DNA of 64,000 bases from Octopus sinensis. Lineage: Eukaryota. Position 1 is the first letter of the stretch. Each line of letters starts with the position of its first letter. The stretch lies in the NCBI RefSeq assembly GCF_006345805.1, contig NC_043012.1:34968001-35032000 (forward strand), read 5' to 3'. The notes below the pieces were generated by a model. That model saw nothing but the letters and a program-made list of their open reading frames with translations. It was not told the DNA's origin and did not search any database. This document shows positions 1 to 13,911 of this stretch, in pieces. A program made the position numbers and the translations under genes.

Positions 1-1696
1 TAACTTGGCCCTGTATAGTAAACTGTAGATGCTGAGCAATGCTGTGCAATTAAGGACCTCGACATATGAAGTTTTATTCGGTCAACAAATGTGCAGTATT
101 CTGCACAAGCAGTTTTTGCAGAATTTATTAAGTTTTTTTATGCCTGCTGTGAACAGTTCCTATCTTGTTCTCACACAACAAAATTACCCAAGAACCCACT
201 ATATTAATGGTGCCATTAACAAATTCTTCAAATGATTGTGAGGACATGGATACACAGCAGTGATCATCTGATATTTTACACAGGTCTGCATTCGAGGGAA
301 TAATTTCTACAATGGTAAGAAATAAACATTAATCTAGCTCTTGATAGAACTCAAACTTGATTCTCAAGAACCAAGAAGTACACTACATTACATAATTTCA
401 CCCTCAACTGGTGCCTAATTTAATCAACTAGTTAATTAGAACATCCAGAAACACAAACAGTTCAGCTTTTGACAATAAGGGCATCAACTCCCTTCCCTTG
501 GACATTACAACTATTCAAATCTATAGGTACCTGCTTCCTCCATTTTTTACACACCCAGATATTTTGATCAGATAATTTTCAATGGAATTAACTGTTGAAA
601 GTTTAATTGTAATATAAACATGTGTTATTAACATCAGAATAACATCCTACATATTAATTAATGGTACAAATACAGTGGAAAGAATAATTAAAATAAATTC
701 CATTCTCATGGACTTTTAAATCTGTGTAGCTTCACAGTTTAGAATAAATAATTTCAAGAGAACTTTATTTATCAGCTAAATCTTTCTCAACCAGCCCACC
801 AGTTTTTAATCAAAAGTTCTAACCATGCAGCTGATATAATGCAATTAGTTGCTTTGGGAAATCCACTGTTTTAATGGTATCAAACGTAAGTTTTTACTCA
901 CATTGCTAATGTTGGTTTGTTGCAAACAACTTTATGGAATTACGAAAACTGATGATGAGTTGTGACCTTAGCTGTTGCTATTGTTTCTTAGCCCTAAGCC
1001 AGCAAACTTATTTATCAAAAGCATAATGTGTCCTTCGTTTTTTTAAAATGGTATGGTGTAATTTAAGGACTTGTCTGCTATTTGTAACATTTCAGGTGCC
1101 TATATAGAGAATATCTTTGCAAAGCTGGAAACTTAGATTTCATATAACAAAGTGAAGAGTGGTAGAGCATCCTAAGATATTGCAAAATGAGTAAACGTTA
1201 GAAGGCTATTGATTAAAATCTTCGTTTATTTAATATTAATTTATAAACATAGGCACAAAGCTGAAATTAAGGGAGTAGGGTTTAGTCTATATCAACTGCA
1301 GTATTTCACTGGTTCTTTATTTTATTGACCTCAAAATGATAAAAAGCAAAATGTTATATGTAACTAAGAAACAATAAAATATATGTAACTAAGGTATGAT
1401 GTAATATATTACTGTCTTAAATCTGAGATGTTTCGGACAGAAGAAAAAAGATGTTATAGTGTTCATGCCTTATCCAAGACTATTTATAAATAAAATGAAG
1501 TGGTTCAATGTGGGAACTGAAAGTGAGGAGCAGATTTTATTGCTGAGAACTATGTTGTATCACAATACACATGACATAATATATTGTCAAGATGGGATGT
1601 CATACGTCATATATGATTGGGACGAAATGTAATTAATACTTAACATATGATGTAATCAAACAGGGTAAATTTCAAACACTTGCTTCAGGAACTCAC

Positions 1697-1764
1697 CTCA
1701 TTGTCTGCTTGTTTAAGTTGCTGTACGGAATTTAAAAGGTCTTTTTCACTGGTACAAAGGATCA
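1697..1764 (-). CDS. ULK3: ULK3 exon 11 (MILCTSEKDLLNSVQQLKQADNE), start of MIT domain 2; gene continues left of the window
   Basis: Long pyrimidine tract tttttctttttcag| and |gtgagt; 68 nt; phase matches exon 10. Confidence 0.85.
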
Positions 1765-1804
1765 CTGAAAAAGAAAAAGTGTTGGTTATGTAATTTGAGA
1801 GAGT

Positions 1805-2150
1805 GGAGGCGCAATGGCCCAGTGGTTAGGGCAGTGGACTCGCGGTCATAGGATCGCGGTTTCGATTCCCAGACCGGGCGTTGTGAGCGAAAACACCTAA
1901 AGCTCCACGAGGCTCCGACAGGGGATGGTGGTGATCCCTGCTGTACTCTTTCACCACAACTTTCTCTCACTCTTACTTCCTGTTTCTGTTGTATCTGTAT
2001 TTCAAGGGGCCGGCCTTGTCACTCTCTGTGTCACGCTGAATATCCCCAAGAACTATGTTAAGGGTACACGTGTCTGTGGAGTGCTCAGCTACTTACACGT
2101 TAATTTCACGAGCAGGCTGTTCCATTGATTCGGATCAACCGGAACCCTCG
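1805..2150 (+). mobile_element. tRNA-derived SINE, head-1 + tail-1 type
   Basis: A-box (tggcccagtggttagg) and B-box-like (gtttcgattccc) head; homologous to 15855-16234. Confidence 0.85.
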
Positions 2151-3149
2151 AGAGGGAGAGTAGTAGTAATAGTAGTAGAATTTATTTAACAATTGCCATT
2201 ACTACCATAAATACAGTTGGATGAGCTAATGAGAATGGTTTTACTCGGTCAGTTGATCTCTTCTATATTGTGGCCAAATCTACCCTCAACAGACTCCATA
2301 CTATTTTTAAAACCTTCAATATCTTTTTTTTGTCAACTTGTGTCAGGCACAAAGGCAGACATAGAGTATATATCCCCTTATAAGATCAGTGTGGCATTGT
2401 TTCATCAACAGGTCTTTCAAATCTAATAATATCTAGAATTGTTGCTCCTTGCTGGAGTAGTGACTGGTGGGATTCTCAGCTGCCCTTAGAGTGAAATCAG
2501 CACCGAGAAGACTCATTCGGGATTCTGGGTTGTAGTCCTTTGCTTGAAGCTGAGAGACACTAGTATCAGTCAAATAAACCACCCTCAGTACTCGACCAGT
2601 ACTTTATTTAAAATGGTGGCCAAATAAATCTTCATTACTAATAATACTAGAGTTGTACTTATAAATGGAATCAATAAAAGCAGTCTACCAATTACAGCAT
2701 AGGTATCAAAGCTGAGTCAGAGCCCATTTAATGAAACAATAAATTACAAAAGCAAAAGTAAGTTAATGAAAGAATTACAAAGGCAAGTTGTTGAATTATT
2801 TCACTATACAATTCATATATCCATAGCAACAGTTGAAAGTCCAGTAGAGCGATATACCAAAGTTCAATGATCGCATACATTTCTATAACTTCAATATTAG
2901 TCATACAAAAATAACCAAGCAGAAATATTTCGAATTTATTGATTTGTGTGATGTTTAGTTACAAGTCAGCCCTGATTCAGCAAAATTATGATCAAGATTG
3001 TTCTCAAGTAATATATTTGATAGCCCTACAAAAACTTTTGTAAATTTTAAGAGAATGAACCAAAAAATAAATATGGTGTATTGACAGCAAAAATTCTGAT
3101 GAAGCAATTCTGAAATTGTTTATGTCTGTTTTGCAAGACTGATGTCACA

Positions 3150-3335
3150 TTGGGTGTTGAAACAGTTACTATGGTACTTGGGGATGGTCATATTTTGCCA
3201 GTTAAATACACACACACTATATATTTGGTCTTCACTTCAGCTTTAATATTATTATTTTAGCTTCTTAGTCAAAGTTCTTTCATCACACTCTTGTGACCTC
3301 TTCAATGACTCTCTCTCCCATGTGTCTCCTCTTGT
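3150..3335 (+). repeat. Unclassified dispersed repeat, second copy at 59545-59735
   Basis: Shared ggggatggtcatattttgcca..gtcttcacttcag..gtgacctcttca. Confidence 0.6.
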
Positions 3336-3764
3336 GATGCTTATTCCAATTCTTAAATTAGTTACTTTAATGTGGTGGATTTACTGTATATTTATTTGAT
3401 TACTTAATCACAATATCAAAAACAAACTCAACATTATTGATTCATCGGATGGATAAATCTTCTGTGCCATCTGTGAAGATTGATTTCAAAACCACTTTTA
3501 ACAACCATCTCACCTCATCTATTGTGGATAGATCAGCTTAAGATAAACTTCATTCATTCATTCATTCATCACACTTGTTCTCATATCTACATCAATGTAA
3601 CAGTCGCTTTAAATACCCAATCACAATTATTAATTATCTTCTAAAGAGTTGGGCTTAAACCACTTATCCAAAAGATCATATTTCAAATTAATCTTGAAAA
3701 TTGCAAATTTCTTTCAATAAACAAACAAATTACAAAACTGCTTAAAAATATTTTTGCTCTTTAC

Positions 3765-3903
3765 TTAGTTCATCAAGTGGTTTTAGTGATGATGTCTCAG
3801 CAGCACTGCAACTGGTACTTCGTTGGAGGGTCTTCTGATTAGGTGATGATTTCGGTTTCAAAGTTTGCTTCAACTCTTCTGCACGATTAAAATATGTTTG
3901 TAC
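3765..3903 (-). CDS. ULK3: ULK3 exon 10 (VQTYFNRAEELKQTLKPKSSPNQKTLQRSTSCSAAETSSLKPLDEL), end of MIT1 plus linker
   Basis: Y-x2-RAEELK MIT helix 3; tttatag| and |gtaaag; 139 nt, ends phase 1. Confidence 0.92.
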
Positions 3904-4115
3904 CTATAAACAAAAAGAAAAAAAAAATTGAAGTATTGATGTAAAGAAAGCAATTATATTTATCTGTTAAAATTTGTATTTAGTTGTTTTGATAATTTTT
4001 CTTTTCTTTTTTCATTCTTTTTTTAAGCAAACTACCTGAAAGTTTATGAGACTGTCCTTATGAAGTTACTCTATCCACTGAATGCATTATGGTGTTACAT
4101 TGATATGCATATGGA

Positions 4116-4663
4116 CACTAAAACTCTGCTTGCGAAGACCTGTTGAGGCAAGTGAAATCAAAAGTCAAAATCAAAATCAAAATCAAATTCAATGACTGGC
4201 ATCCATGCTAGCGGGGTGCAAAGAGCACCATACAAGTGTGATCATTGACAGAGTGGCTAACCGGCTTCCATGCCAGAGGCACTTAAAAGGCACCGTTTGA
4301 GCGTGATCGTTACCAGCGTCGCCTTACTGGCACTTGAGCCCCGTGCTAGTAGGGTATTAAGATCACCATCCCAGCATGATCATTGCCAGAGCGGCTATCT
4401 GGTCTCCATGCCGGTGGCATGTGTAAAAGATTCGAGCAAGGTCTTTGCCAGTACCGCCTGAGTGGGCCCGTGCCGGTGGCACGTAAAAGCACCCACTATG
4501 CTCTCAGAGTGGTTGATGTTAGGAAGGGCATCCAGCTGTAGAAACTCTGCCAGATCAAGATTGAAGCCTGGTGCAGCCAACAGGTTCGCCAGCCCTCAGT
4601 CATTCGTCCAACCCATGCTAGCATGGAAGGTGGACGTTAAACGATGATAATGATGATGATGAT
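4116..4663 (+). mobile_element. Family A retroposon (internal ~50-bp tandem units, RTE-like 3' end, (GAT)n tail), near full length
   Basis: Ends cccatgctagcatggaaggtggacgttaaacgatgat; about 20 homologous copies in the window. Confidence 0.85.
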
Positions 4664-4980
4664 TGATACATATCTATTAATGAGACAGTGTATTGGTCTT
4701 CTTGGGGGAGGTTCTTAATTCACAACAACTCATTTCACTAATATATAAATAGTTGACACTGCATTGCAGTACACTGCTGCAGACAGACCTCCTGTTGGTA
4801 AAAGATTGCAACAGACTGCCATTCTTATCCAAAGAAGAAGTAATCCAATCATTCGACACAGGGATATCTAAAACAAGCGCCTGTACACCTCTCGTCTGCT
4901 ATTTACAATGACCCTACAGTCGTAAGCTTTGTAGTCATTCTCCCAATTATAAAAAAATGGTAAAAATCAGCTGCATATCA

Positions 4981-5386
4981 TTTACTCATTTACTCTTTTA
5001 CTTGTTTCAGTCATTTGACTGCGGCCATGCTGGAGCACCGCCTTTAATCGAGCAACTCGACCCCGGGACTTATTCTTTTGTAAACCCAGTACTTATTCTA
5101 TCGGTCTCTTTTGCCGAACCGCTAATTAACGGGGACATAAACACACCAGCAATTCTAGGGGGACAAACACAGACACACAAACACACACACGCATATATAT
5201 ATATATATATATATACATATATACGACGGGCTTCTTTCAGTTTCCGTCTACCAAATCCACTCACAAGGCATTGATCGGCCCGGAGCTATAGCAGAAGACA
5301 CTTGCCCAAGATGCCACGCAGTGGGACTGAACCCGGAACCATGTGGTTGGTTAGCAAGCTACTTACCACACAGCCACTCCTGCGCC
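4981..5386 (-). mobile_element. tRNA-derived SINE family B (internal TA/TG microsatellite, gtaaaaga tail)
   Basis: Homologous to 6608-7014 in the opposite orientation. Confidence 0.88.
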
Positions 5387-6607
5387 ATTTGCTATCATTT
5401 TAATAAAAGAAGGAAAGGTACCATCCTGTCACATCTCCACCATCTTCTTTCTCTCTCTCCCTCTCTTCCTCTTCCTCTCCATCCCCATATCTGTCTTTGT
5501 CTGTCTGCCTCTCTTTCTCTCTCTCCCTATCTCTCCTCTCTCTCTCTCTCTTTCTCTCTCCCTACCTCCAACTAAGGTTGCCATATATCTCCTATTTCTG
5601 TCCTGCTATTCATATTCTAACCTCTCTTCAGCTGCCACAGAACCAACTCCCTCAATTCTACTCCCCCCTCTCAGTTGAGGGGGTCTTGTCTTGCAAGTTA
5701 CTTGCAGACCTCACTGCAGCTGGAGCCAAATATAAAAAAACACCCATGATGCTCAGTAAAGTGGTTAGCATCAGGAACGACATCCTAGCCATAGAAACTA
5801 TGCCGAAGCAGACAGTAAAGCTGGATGCAGTTTTCCGACAAGTTGGCACCTGTTAAACCATCCAGTTCATGCCAGCTTAGAAGGCAAACATTTGATGATG
5901 ATGATGATGAGGAGAAGGAGGAGGAGGAGGAGGAGGAGATAGTCATGGTGGATCTGTTCAGTTTGGCTCACAGATTTTTTAATTAATTTCTTTTTAACTA
6001 AACAGTTTGAAACTTTGTATATTGGTGGAAAGTCTCATGCGGAACACAGTTTACTTTGAACATTTTCGACAGAATTTGGTATTTTAGAAGTTATTTCGTG
6101 TTAAAGTTATTGTATTTGGGTAATTTCAACTAATCAATGACGTGTATTCGGTTGAAGAAAGCTACTGTTGTTTGTGATAGTAATCAAAGAGGAACCACTT
6201 CCGGGTTACCTCTACTAAATGTCACCACTCTGTTCTATTCATATGGTCAAGCAAAGATGATGCCACTTTTATCCTTTCTTCTTTTCTAGTCAGCACTGTG
6301 CATTCCTTACGCTTTCCTTCTACACTATCAACTAGCAACCAGTGGGCAAACTTGTCACTGCCACTACAATTACCGTATTTTCCAGTGTGTAAGCTACTAT
6401 TTGTTTTGTTTTACCTTCATAAAATCCCTGTTCTTTTTAGAACCCCTCTCTTTTCCATGTATTTCTTACGAACAGTAACTAAAGTTCAAATCGTATATAA
6501 ACCACACAAACCTGTGGTCCTATCCCATCACTTCCCACATCTATCCTTCATTTTAACCTTTTCACCACTCAAAAGCCTACAGTCAAAACAACAAAATCAT
6601 ACACATA

Positions 6608-7014
6608 GGCGCAGGAGTGGCTGTGTGGTAAGTAGCTTGCTAACCAACCACATGGTTCCAGGTTCAGTCCCACTGCGTGGCATCTTGGGCAAGTGTCTTC
6701 TGCTATAGCCCCGGGCCGACCAATGCCTTGTGAGTGGGTTTGGTAGACGGAAACTGAAAGAAGCCTGTCGTATATATGTATATATATGTATATATGTGTA
6801 TGTGTATGTGTGTTTGTCCCCCTAGCATTGCTTGACAACCGATGCTGGTGTGTTTATGTCCCCGTCACTTAGCGGTTTGGCAAAAGAGACCGATAGAATA
6901 AGTACTGGGCTTACAAAGAATAAGTCCCGGGGTCGATTTGCTCGACTAAAGGCGGTGCTCCAGCATGGCCGCAGTCAAATGACTGAAACAAGTAAAAGAG
7001 TAAAAGAGTAAAAG
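6608..7014 (+). mobile_element. SINE family B, full length
   Basis: ggcgcaggagtggctgtgtggtaag head, ggttcagtccc B-box, ccttgggcaag CORE-like segment, (gtaaaaga)n tail. Confidence 0.9.
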
Positions 7015-8003
7015 GGTACATACACACTCTCAGATGAAGGGCAAGAAAAGCATGGAATGTTAGTTTATTCACTCTTCTCAGTAATTAAACTCCTTTAAGA
7101 ACTTCCCTATGGAATAATTGTTGCTGACATCGGCCATTTTTAGTTACCTCCGATTTGGGATCTTTCTTCTATAATTACATTAACCTCAGCCAATTATTCA
7201 TTAGCCCAAATCAAAGTGGAACTAAAGATGCCATAACCATAACCTCTTCTATTTAAGGCTAAGGAATAAAATATGTTGTTGGGGGACAACTTCTCAAATT
7301 CCTCATCTCATCCATTTACCAAATTCTTTTACAATTAAAATTACTATTTAAGAAAAGTATTTCTATTAATTTTTAAAAAAAATACTCATTTTTCTTTTAT
7401 TTTATTTTAGCTTTTTTTCTTCTTTGCCAAGTAATACATATTTAATTTCCTATTAGAATTATTCAGCAGAGAGTATTTAAAAATAAATAAATACATAAAT
7501 AAATACACAAATAAATAAATAAATAAATAAACAACTTCTGAGAATAAGGAAGTGGGCTGTTCATTCCTATTTTGCCATCATATGTTAGTAGTTTGTCTTG
7601 GCTCATAGCAATATTAAAGGTCATTGAACTGAAAAATTAAAGTAATGTGAGTTGATAGCAGCAACAAACTCTGTCTGACTGGGCGGGGAGGGGGGAGTTG
7701 CTTACAATTAAATATAGTAAGGTAGACTTGCAAAAGATAATTAATGATGATAGTTTTTTTTTTTTTTTTTACTCCCATGATTTTCTAAATTTTAATTATT
7801 TTTCTCATTTATATAAGAAAAAAAAATCTGGAGCAAATAAAAACAGTAAAAAAAGAGGTCGATAAATTGTCTCATTTCTTTCCGTTCTGCTCCTCCTCGT
7901 TATCATCATCATTACAAAACTTAAACATTAAGCAAATAAGTTTTATATTAAGGCAGTGAGGAGTTAATTGAAACTTGTTAAAACAGGGAACTATAACTAA
8001 AAG

Positions 8004-8310
8004 ACGGCACGTAAAAAGCACTTTCCGATCGTGGCTGTTGCCAGCCTCGCCTGGCCCCCGTGCTGGTGGCACATAAAAAGCACCATCCGTCCGTGGCCTT
8101 TTGCCAGCCCCATCTGGCACCTGTGCCAGTGGCACGTAAAAAGCACCCACTACACTCACGGAGTGGTTGGCGTTAGGAAGGGCATCCAGCCGTAGAAACA
8201 TTGCCAGATCAGACTGGACCTGGTGCAGCCTCCTGGCTTCCCAGACCCCGGTCGAACTGTCCAACCCATGCTAGCATGGAGAGCAGACGCTAAATGATGA
8301 TGATGATGAG
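8004..8310 (+). mobile_element. Family A, 5'-truncated
   Basis: Homology; (GAT)n tail. Confidence 0.8.
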
Positions 8311-8650
8311 ACTGAGAAGTGTGAAGACCATTTTAAAAGGATTACTAGGGGTTGGGCACAAGGTATTGAATGATGCCAGCAGCAGGAGGTGCAGCCAGCC
8401 TCAGAAGACCCAAGTCCAGCAGCACAAGCTGCAGTGGTTTGCACATGTGCATGATGAGCACTGGCAGATTACCATACCAACTTTTGTAGCAGCTGTAACC
8501 CCCACCCTGAAGAATTCAGTGCAGTGTACCAAAGAAGACAGGGGTGCAACAAATTGAGGATGGCCTGAGGTCACAGCGCCTTGATTCCGTGCATGCTGAG
8601 GCCAATACCACGGATCAAAAAGCATGCAATAACATCATCACAAGAGCAGT
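8311..8650 (+). mobile_element. Degenerate RTE-like LINE 3' fragment
   Basis: ORF 8294..8557 contains QHKLQWFAHV, resembling RTE R-x-RWFGHV; weak. Confidence 0.4.
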
Positions 8651-9209
8651 GTATTGGCTGAGGGGAGAGCTTCCCCTTCCAGGTGCCAACTAGGGATTTA
8701 AGAAGATTGAAGGGTAGCAGTTAAGAAGAAGTGTTGATTAAATAGTACAGCTGGTATTAAGAATCATAATACAGAGAGGAAGAAAGGGTGAAGATAAAGA
8801 CTATGATGCTAAGAATATGGTGCTAATGAGTAAAATGTGAAGCTGAGTATGAAGTTTTGGATGGAGTAGGGTGTAAAGAAAAGTGTGAATTGAAAACTGA
8901 GGAGGATCTAATATGGAGGCTGGAACAATATATGAAGAGAAGCACAAAAAATGAAAAAATAAAATGGAAAAGGTGTAAAGAGGAGGATGGAAATGGAAAA
9001 TGGTAAATATGGAATAAAAGAGTAGAGTATGAAGATATAGGAATGAAGCAGTAATATTTAAACTATCAGACATAACAAGCAGTAATTTATGACAAACAGA
9101 AAAAGTGAAACAAAGTTCACCGATAGAATTTGAACCTGTGTCTTACATGTCCTGAATGGTGCCTGCCATTATGTCTCCTCAAGCTAGATACCATTATTTG
9201 ACTCTGCTA

Positions 9210-9660
9210 AGGCAGTAAGCTGGCAGAACTGTTAGCCTGCTGGGCAAAAGGCTTAGCATCATTTTGTCCATCTTTATGTTCTGAGTTCAAATTCCACCAA
9301 GGTCAACATTGTCTTTCATCCTTTCAGGGTCGATAAAATAAGTATCAGCTGAGGACCGAGGTTGATGTAATCAACTTAGTCACTCCCCCGAAATTGCTGG
9401 CCTTGGGCCAAAATTTAAAACCATTATTTGACTCTGCTACTATAAGGTGGTGAGCTGGCAGAATCGTTAGCATGCCAGACAAAATGCTTTAGCAGCATTT
9501 CGTCAATCTTTGTGTCTTGAGCTCAAATTCTACTGAGGTCAACTTCACCTTTCATCCTTTCAGTGTTGATAAAATAAGTACCAGTCATATACTGGTACTG
9601 ATGTAATCAACTATCCAAATTTCTTCCAAATTTCAGGCTTTGTGCCTGTAGTACAAAGGA
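9210..9660 (+). mobile_element. Two adjacent copies of SINE family C (ctttcatcctttcggggtcgataaa central motif)
   Basis: Head gagctggcagaatcgttagc at about 9215 and 9450; homologous to 13402 and 19482. Confidence 0.78.
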
Positions 9661-9837
9661 CTATTTGATTCTACTATTTACACTGTGCTATTTTTATCTC
9701 CATAAACTAATTCTTTAGTCATTTATAATTAGCTAAAGAGGTGACTCTACTAATTAATGTCCAATGTGGCAAGGTGTCCTGTCATTATTTAATGTTTGTG
9801 AAATAAACCCATGAATGGAATTCTGAATTAACTGTTT

Positions 9838-10021
9838 TGTGTCGGTGGCATGTAAAAAGCACCCACTACACTCATGGAGTGGTTGGCGTTAGGAAGGGCA
9901 TCCAGCTGTAGAAACACTGCCAAATCAGACTGAAGCCTGGTGCAGCCTCCTGGCTTCCCAGGCCCCGGTTGAACCGTCCAACCCATGCTAGCATGGAAAA
10001 CGGATGTTAAACAATGATGAT
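9838..10021 (+). mobile_element. Family A 3' fragment
   Basis: Homology. Confidence 0.78.
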
Positions 10022-10384
10022 TCTAATGTAAATGATTTGAGATATCATAAGCAGCATCAATTTGAAACAGAAGAGAGAGACATTGCAGAAACAAATTATA
10101 TTATACAACTTAAGGAGTGGAATGATAGAATATACTGCAATGTAATTAGTTATATTAGCTCATTTTATTTTTAATTATGCAAATTATGTAGACCAATAAT
10201 TATTTGTAACTCTTTTTCTATATATATATAAAAATATGCCAATTGTTGAAGTAGACAAGATAATACCGACGGATTGTTAATATATCACTGATGGGTATCA
10301 ACTCTCCTTTAGTAAAGTTGTTTTTTTTCTTTAATAATTTACTTTTCTTTTTTTTTTCAATTCAATTTTTATTGGCTCAAAAAG

Positions 10385-10695
10385 CAAAAGCAAGGCCATG
10401 TAGGGGGACAGGGAGTTATGTACGGGGAGGGTGGTCATACAAAGAGTTCAGGCCATTTTTGGTCAAGAGAGACTTTGAACCGAGCGGTCGTTGGCATCTT
10501 ATTCCACGGATCTGCAACCCGGACGGAAAAAGCCTCTCTCCTTCGATTGAGATGAAATCATCATAGATAGAGCTTTTCGGAGTGACCCCACAGCCCACGC
10601 TCTGGAGCAGGAGTGAAGAACAGCTCTTTCGAGAGGTTACACTTTCCGCTTATGATGTTGTGAGCGAGAATGAGATCACCACGGCATCGTCGTTT
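10385..10695 (-). mobile_element. CR1-clade LINE 3' end
   Basis: Minus translation RGDLILAHNIISGKCNLSKELFF..GHSEKLY..RRREAFSVRVADPWNK. Confidence 0.8.
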
Positions 10696-11743
10696 TTCTT
10701 TTACTAAAGAGACCCATGAATATTTCATGGAACTAACTGTAAACCTATTAGGTTATTTATGTTTAGCCCCTTGTGGGCAGTAAAGAAATATATTAGGTTA
10801 TTTCTGAAAACTTTATCCAAAAACCTGAAAGCATAGCCTCTGTTGTGTCTGTATGGAAAGATAGTCTCTCATCTGCTACTCATTGAAAAGTGGAAGAAAT
10901 TGGAATACGATGATTACTTAATGCACTTTATATATTTTATGCACAATTTTATAGACTCAGCACTTCTAAAATAAATAAAATAAATATTCACCCTCATTTT
11001 CCCATTTCCCCCATAAACAAAAATAAAATATCCAGTACATAGGCTGCAACCTTTCGTTAAATTGCATATATCTGCCATGTAAATAAGCATGAGTACTTCA
11101 CGGAATTGCACTTATGTGCACGTGTTAAGTGATAGGTGATATAAAAGCTGAAGTTAATTTTAAAAAATACACTTTTCACCATCCACACACCACCAGCACC
11201 ACCATCGTCATCTCCCTCCCCCTCTCTCTGTGATTTTCTTTAACCTCACCATCAGAACATCATCCCAATCCTAAAATTATATTTCTAATTCCCTTTCTTT
11301 ATGTCACTGCCTTCAACTAACTTTTTTTAACCAAGTAATAAATATTACGTCCCCTCACCACCACCACACATCATGGACACTCTTTTTCTCTCTCCCTCTT
11401 TAACTAATCCTCTTCTTTTTCTTTCTCCTCTCTTTCTCTTCAACCAATCACTTGAAAGCGTTACATTTACATTCCCTCCACCTCACCTCACTTTTTCTCT
11501 TTCCCCTTTTTTCTTTCTCCTTCTTTTTCTCCAATCATGTGAAAGCATTACCAACAGGCTAAGTAACATAATGACAAGCAGAATTAATATAAAATATTTA
11601 AACTCTCTGAAGCATAACCAACCTCAGACAAAATTAGAAGTTTTTAATGAACAAGGTTATTAATAAAAGAAAATTACTACACAAAATTGTTGAATGAGAG
11701 TTGTGCAAATTGCAATATGGTATATACTAAAATATATATTAAC

Positions 11744-11784
11744 CTTTGCTTGTAGGGCTCTCTTCTTCGTAAAATCTCTTTCAT
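11744..11784 (-). CDS. ULK3: ULK3 exon 9 (YERDFTKKRALQAK), MIT domain 1
   Basis: tttatcag| and |gttaat; 41 nt; completes the split TAT codon from exon 8. Confidence 0.85.
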
Positions 11785-11908
11785 CTGATAAATAGAACAA
11801 AACAAACACAGATGATTACTGGTAAAAGAAAAAAGAAATGAAAAAATATTTAGGTTTTGCTTCAAGAAACTGACAAAAAAAATGGGTAGTTTGATAGAGA
11901 TAGCTTAA

Positions 11909-12129
11909 CCCTTTCGTTACTGAATTTATTTTGAGATGCTCAGTGTTTCTTCCAATTATGTTAAATATAACAAAGAACTAAGTAAAATAACATCGTTATC
12001 ATTAAGTTAGAGTTAGGGACATAAATTGTGACTAAGGTTTGGTGGAAGGTTTTAATTCAGAACTTTTGAAAACCAGACATTCGTACTAAAGAGCCAAAGC
12101 CGGTTTCAGCCAGGTTGGTAACGAAAGGG
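11909..12129. mobile_element. piggyBac-type MITE family 1 (221 bp)
   Basis: TTAA|ccctttcgttac...gtaacgaaaggg|TTAA; second copy at about 15785-16331, split by a SINE. Confidence 0.88.
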
Positions 12130-12518
12130 TTAATGGTTAGGAATTGATGAAATGACTAAGTAAACAGATTGGTGAAGTAACGAGCAATTAATAAGAATGG
12201 ATGAAGGTTAACTACATGGTATGGATAAGACAACTTGTTAAATAGATATGAGTAGGTGAATGGATTTTAGTATTTATTTTGATGACTCAGTGAACAATTC
12301 CTTGTCTATATCCATGAGATCAGGGATATAGACATACCAAATTTATAGAAAGAAATTTTCCGCTAACACAAAATCCTGCTTCATAGAGGACAACTGGAAG
12401 TTCCTATGAGACAACTTGCTGTGGGCCAACCCAAATCTGTGACTAGCACAAAGCCGAGGTTTATCTGCTAAACCAGAGAGCGGGAACCTGTGGCCGTCTG
12501 AAGGGCAAAGCACAACCT

Positions 12519-12843
12519 TCATTATCGTTTAATGTCTGCTTTCCATGCTGGCATGGGTTGGACGGTTTGACTGAGGGCTGGCAATCCAGAAGGCTGCACC
12601 AAGCTCCAATCTGATCTGGCAAAGTTTCTACAGCTGGATGCCCTTCCTAATGCCAACCACTCCAAGAGTGTAGTGGGTTCCTTTAATGGGCCACCAGCAT
12701 GAGGGCCAGTCAGGTGGTACTGGCATCAACCACGCTTAAATGGTGCTTTTTACATGCCACCAGCACAGGAGCTAGTCAAGCAGCACTGGCAACAACCACA
12801 TTCGAATGGTGCTTTTTATGTGCCACCGGTATGGGACCAGTCA
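12519..12843 (-). mobile_element. Family A, 5'-truncated
   Basis: Homology. Confidence 0.8.
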
Positions 12844-13401
12844 GGAAGACATATATTTGAGAGAAAATCATTATATTGGAATATATTTTTGTTGATTCAA
12901 TAGTTATTGAAGCCTATCTTCTCAGCAAAAGGAGAATTTAAGAAATGTTTATATTTCTTAATCTCCACTTGTGATTCCATGTTTAAAGTAATTACAATTG
13001 TGTATAAAACAATTGAAAATAACTTCAAGCAATTTTGAAGAAATTTAATAAAAAGGGTTACTGTGGGAGGGTGCTTAATCCAAAACTTCATCCATTTTTT
13101 AAAATATATAACAGGGTTAGCAGTATAAAATTAGTTCTGAAATATGGCATTGTCAGACAGCAGTTAACTTCAATGTGCCCTTTCAACATAAAAAATGTCC
13201 CCTATTTCTATACTAGACTGTATCTGCATAAGACTACACACCTAAAGCCTTCTTCTCAACTAACCACCAATTTTTCAATGCCATTGTACACTAAGAACAA
13301 TGTTTTTTTCTATTCAAACAAATAAAATGCTAAAGAAAAAGGTCTACATACAGTGGGTGGGGTTCAGTCAAACTCTGATGATAATTTAAGGAAATGTAAC
13401 C

Positions 13402-13636
13402 TATTTCTTTATTACCCACAAGGGGGTAAACATAGAGGGGACAAACAAGGACAGACATAGGTATTAAGTCGATTACATTGACCCCAGTACATAACTGGTA
13501 CTTATTTAATCAACCCCGAAAGGATGAAAGGCAAAGTCGACCTCGGCGGAATTTGAACTCACAACGTAACGGCAGACGAAATACCACTAAGCATTTCGCC
13601 CGGCGCGCTAACGTTTCTGCTGGCTCGCCGCCTTTT
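13402..13636 (-). mobile_element. SINE family C with an 18-bp target-site duplication
   Basis: atttaaggaaatgtaacc at 13384-13401 and 13637-13654. Confidence 0.9.
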
Positions 13637-13667
13637 ATTTAAGGAAATGTAACCCTTTAGTTTTTAA

Positions 13668-13911
13668 CCCTTTAGTGTTCAGATTACTCTGTCAAATATA
13701 ATGTTTTTTCATTTACATTGTTTTGAATTAATTCTGCATTGTCTTGTAGCTCTGAGAATTTGATGACGTGATGGTTTATTTTGAGGATGTGGTGGTTTAT
13801 TTTGAGGATGGCATTGTAGGATATGCGTGAGAGGCCAGATCTGGATGGTTTGAACATAAAAGAAGTAGAAAATTTGGGCCGGATATTGTTAAAGGGTTAA
13901 ATGCTAAAGGG
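13668..13911. mobile_element. piggyBac-type MITE family 2
   Basis: TTAA|ccctttag...ctaaaggg|TTAA. Confidence 0.82.

Noticed and set aside
284-314. Plus-strand 31-nt micro-exon-like segment (acag|...|gtaaga)
   Set aside because: No partner exons or recognisable protein; isolated splice-like signals are common
1-1696. Search for ULK3 exon 12 (rest of MIT2)
   Set aside because: No in-phase, MIT-like, splice-flanked segment was found by eye; it is presumably left of the window
1805-1880. tRNA-like sequence (also at 6608, 16160, 16940, 46630)
   Set aside because: These are SINE heads: no closed acceptor stem, and they continue into repeat bodies
3094-3125. ctgatgaagcaattctgaaattg motif
   Set aside because: 2-bp stem II and no valid stem III or cleavage triplet; expected by chance
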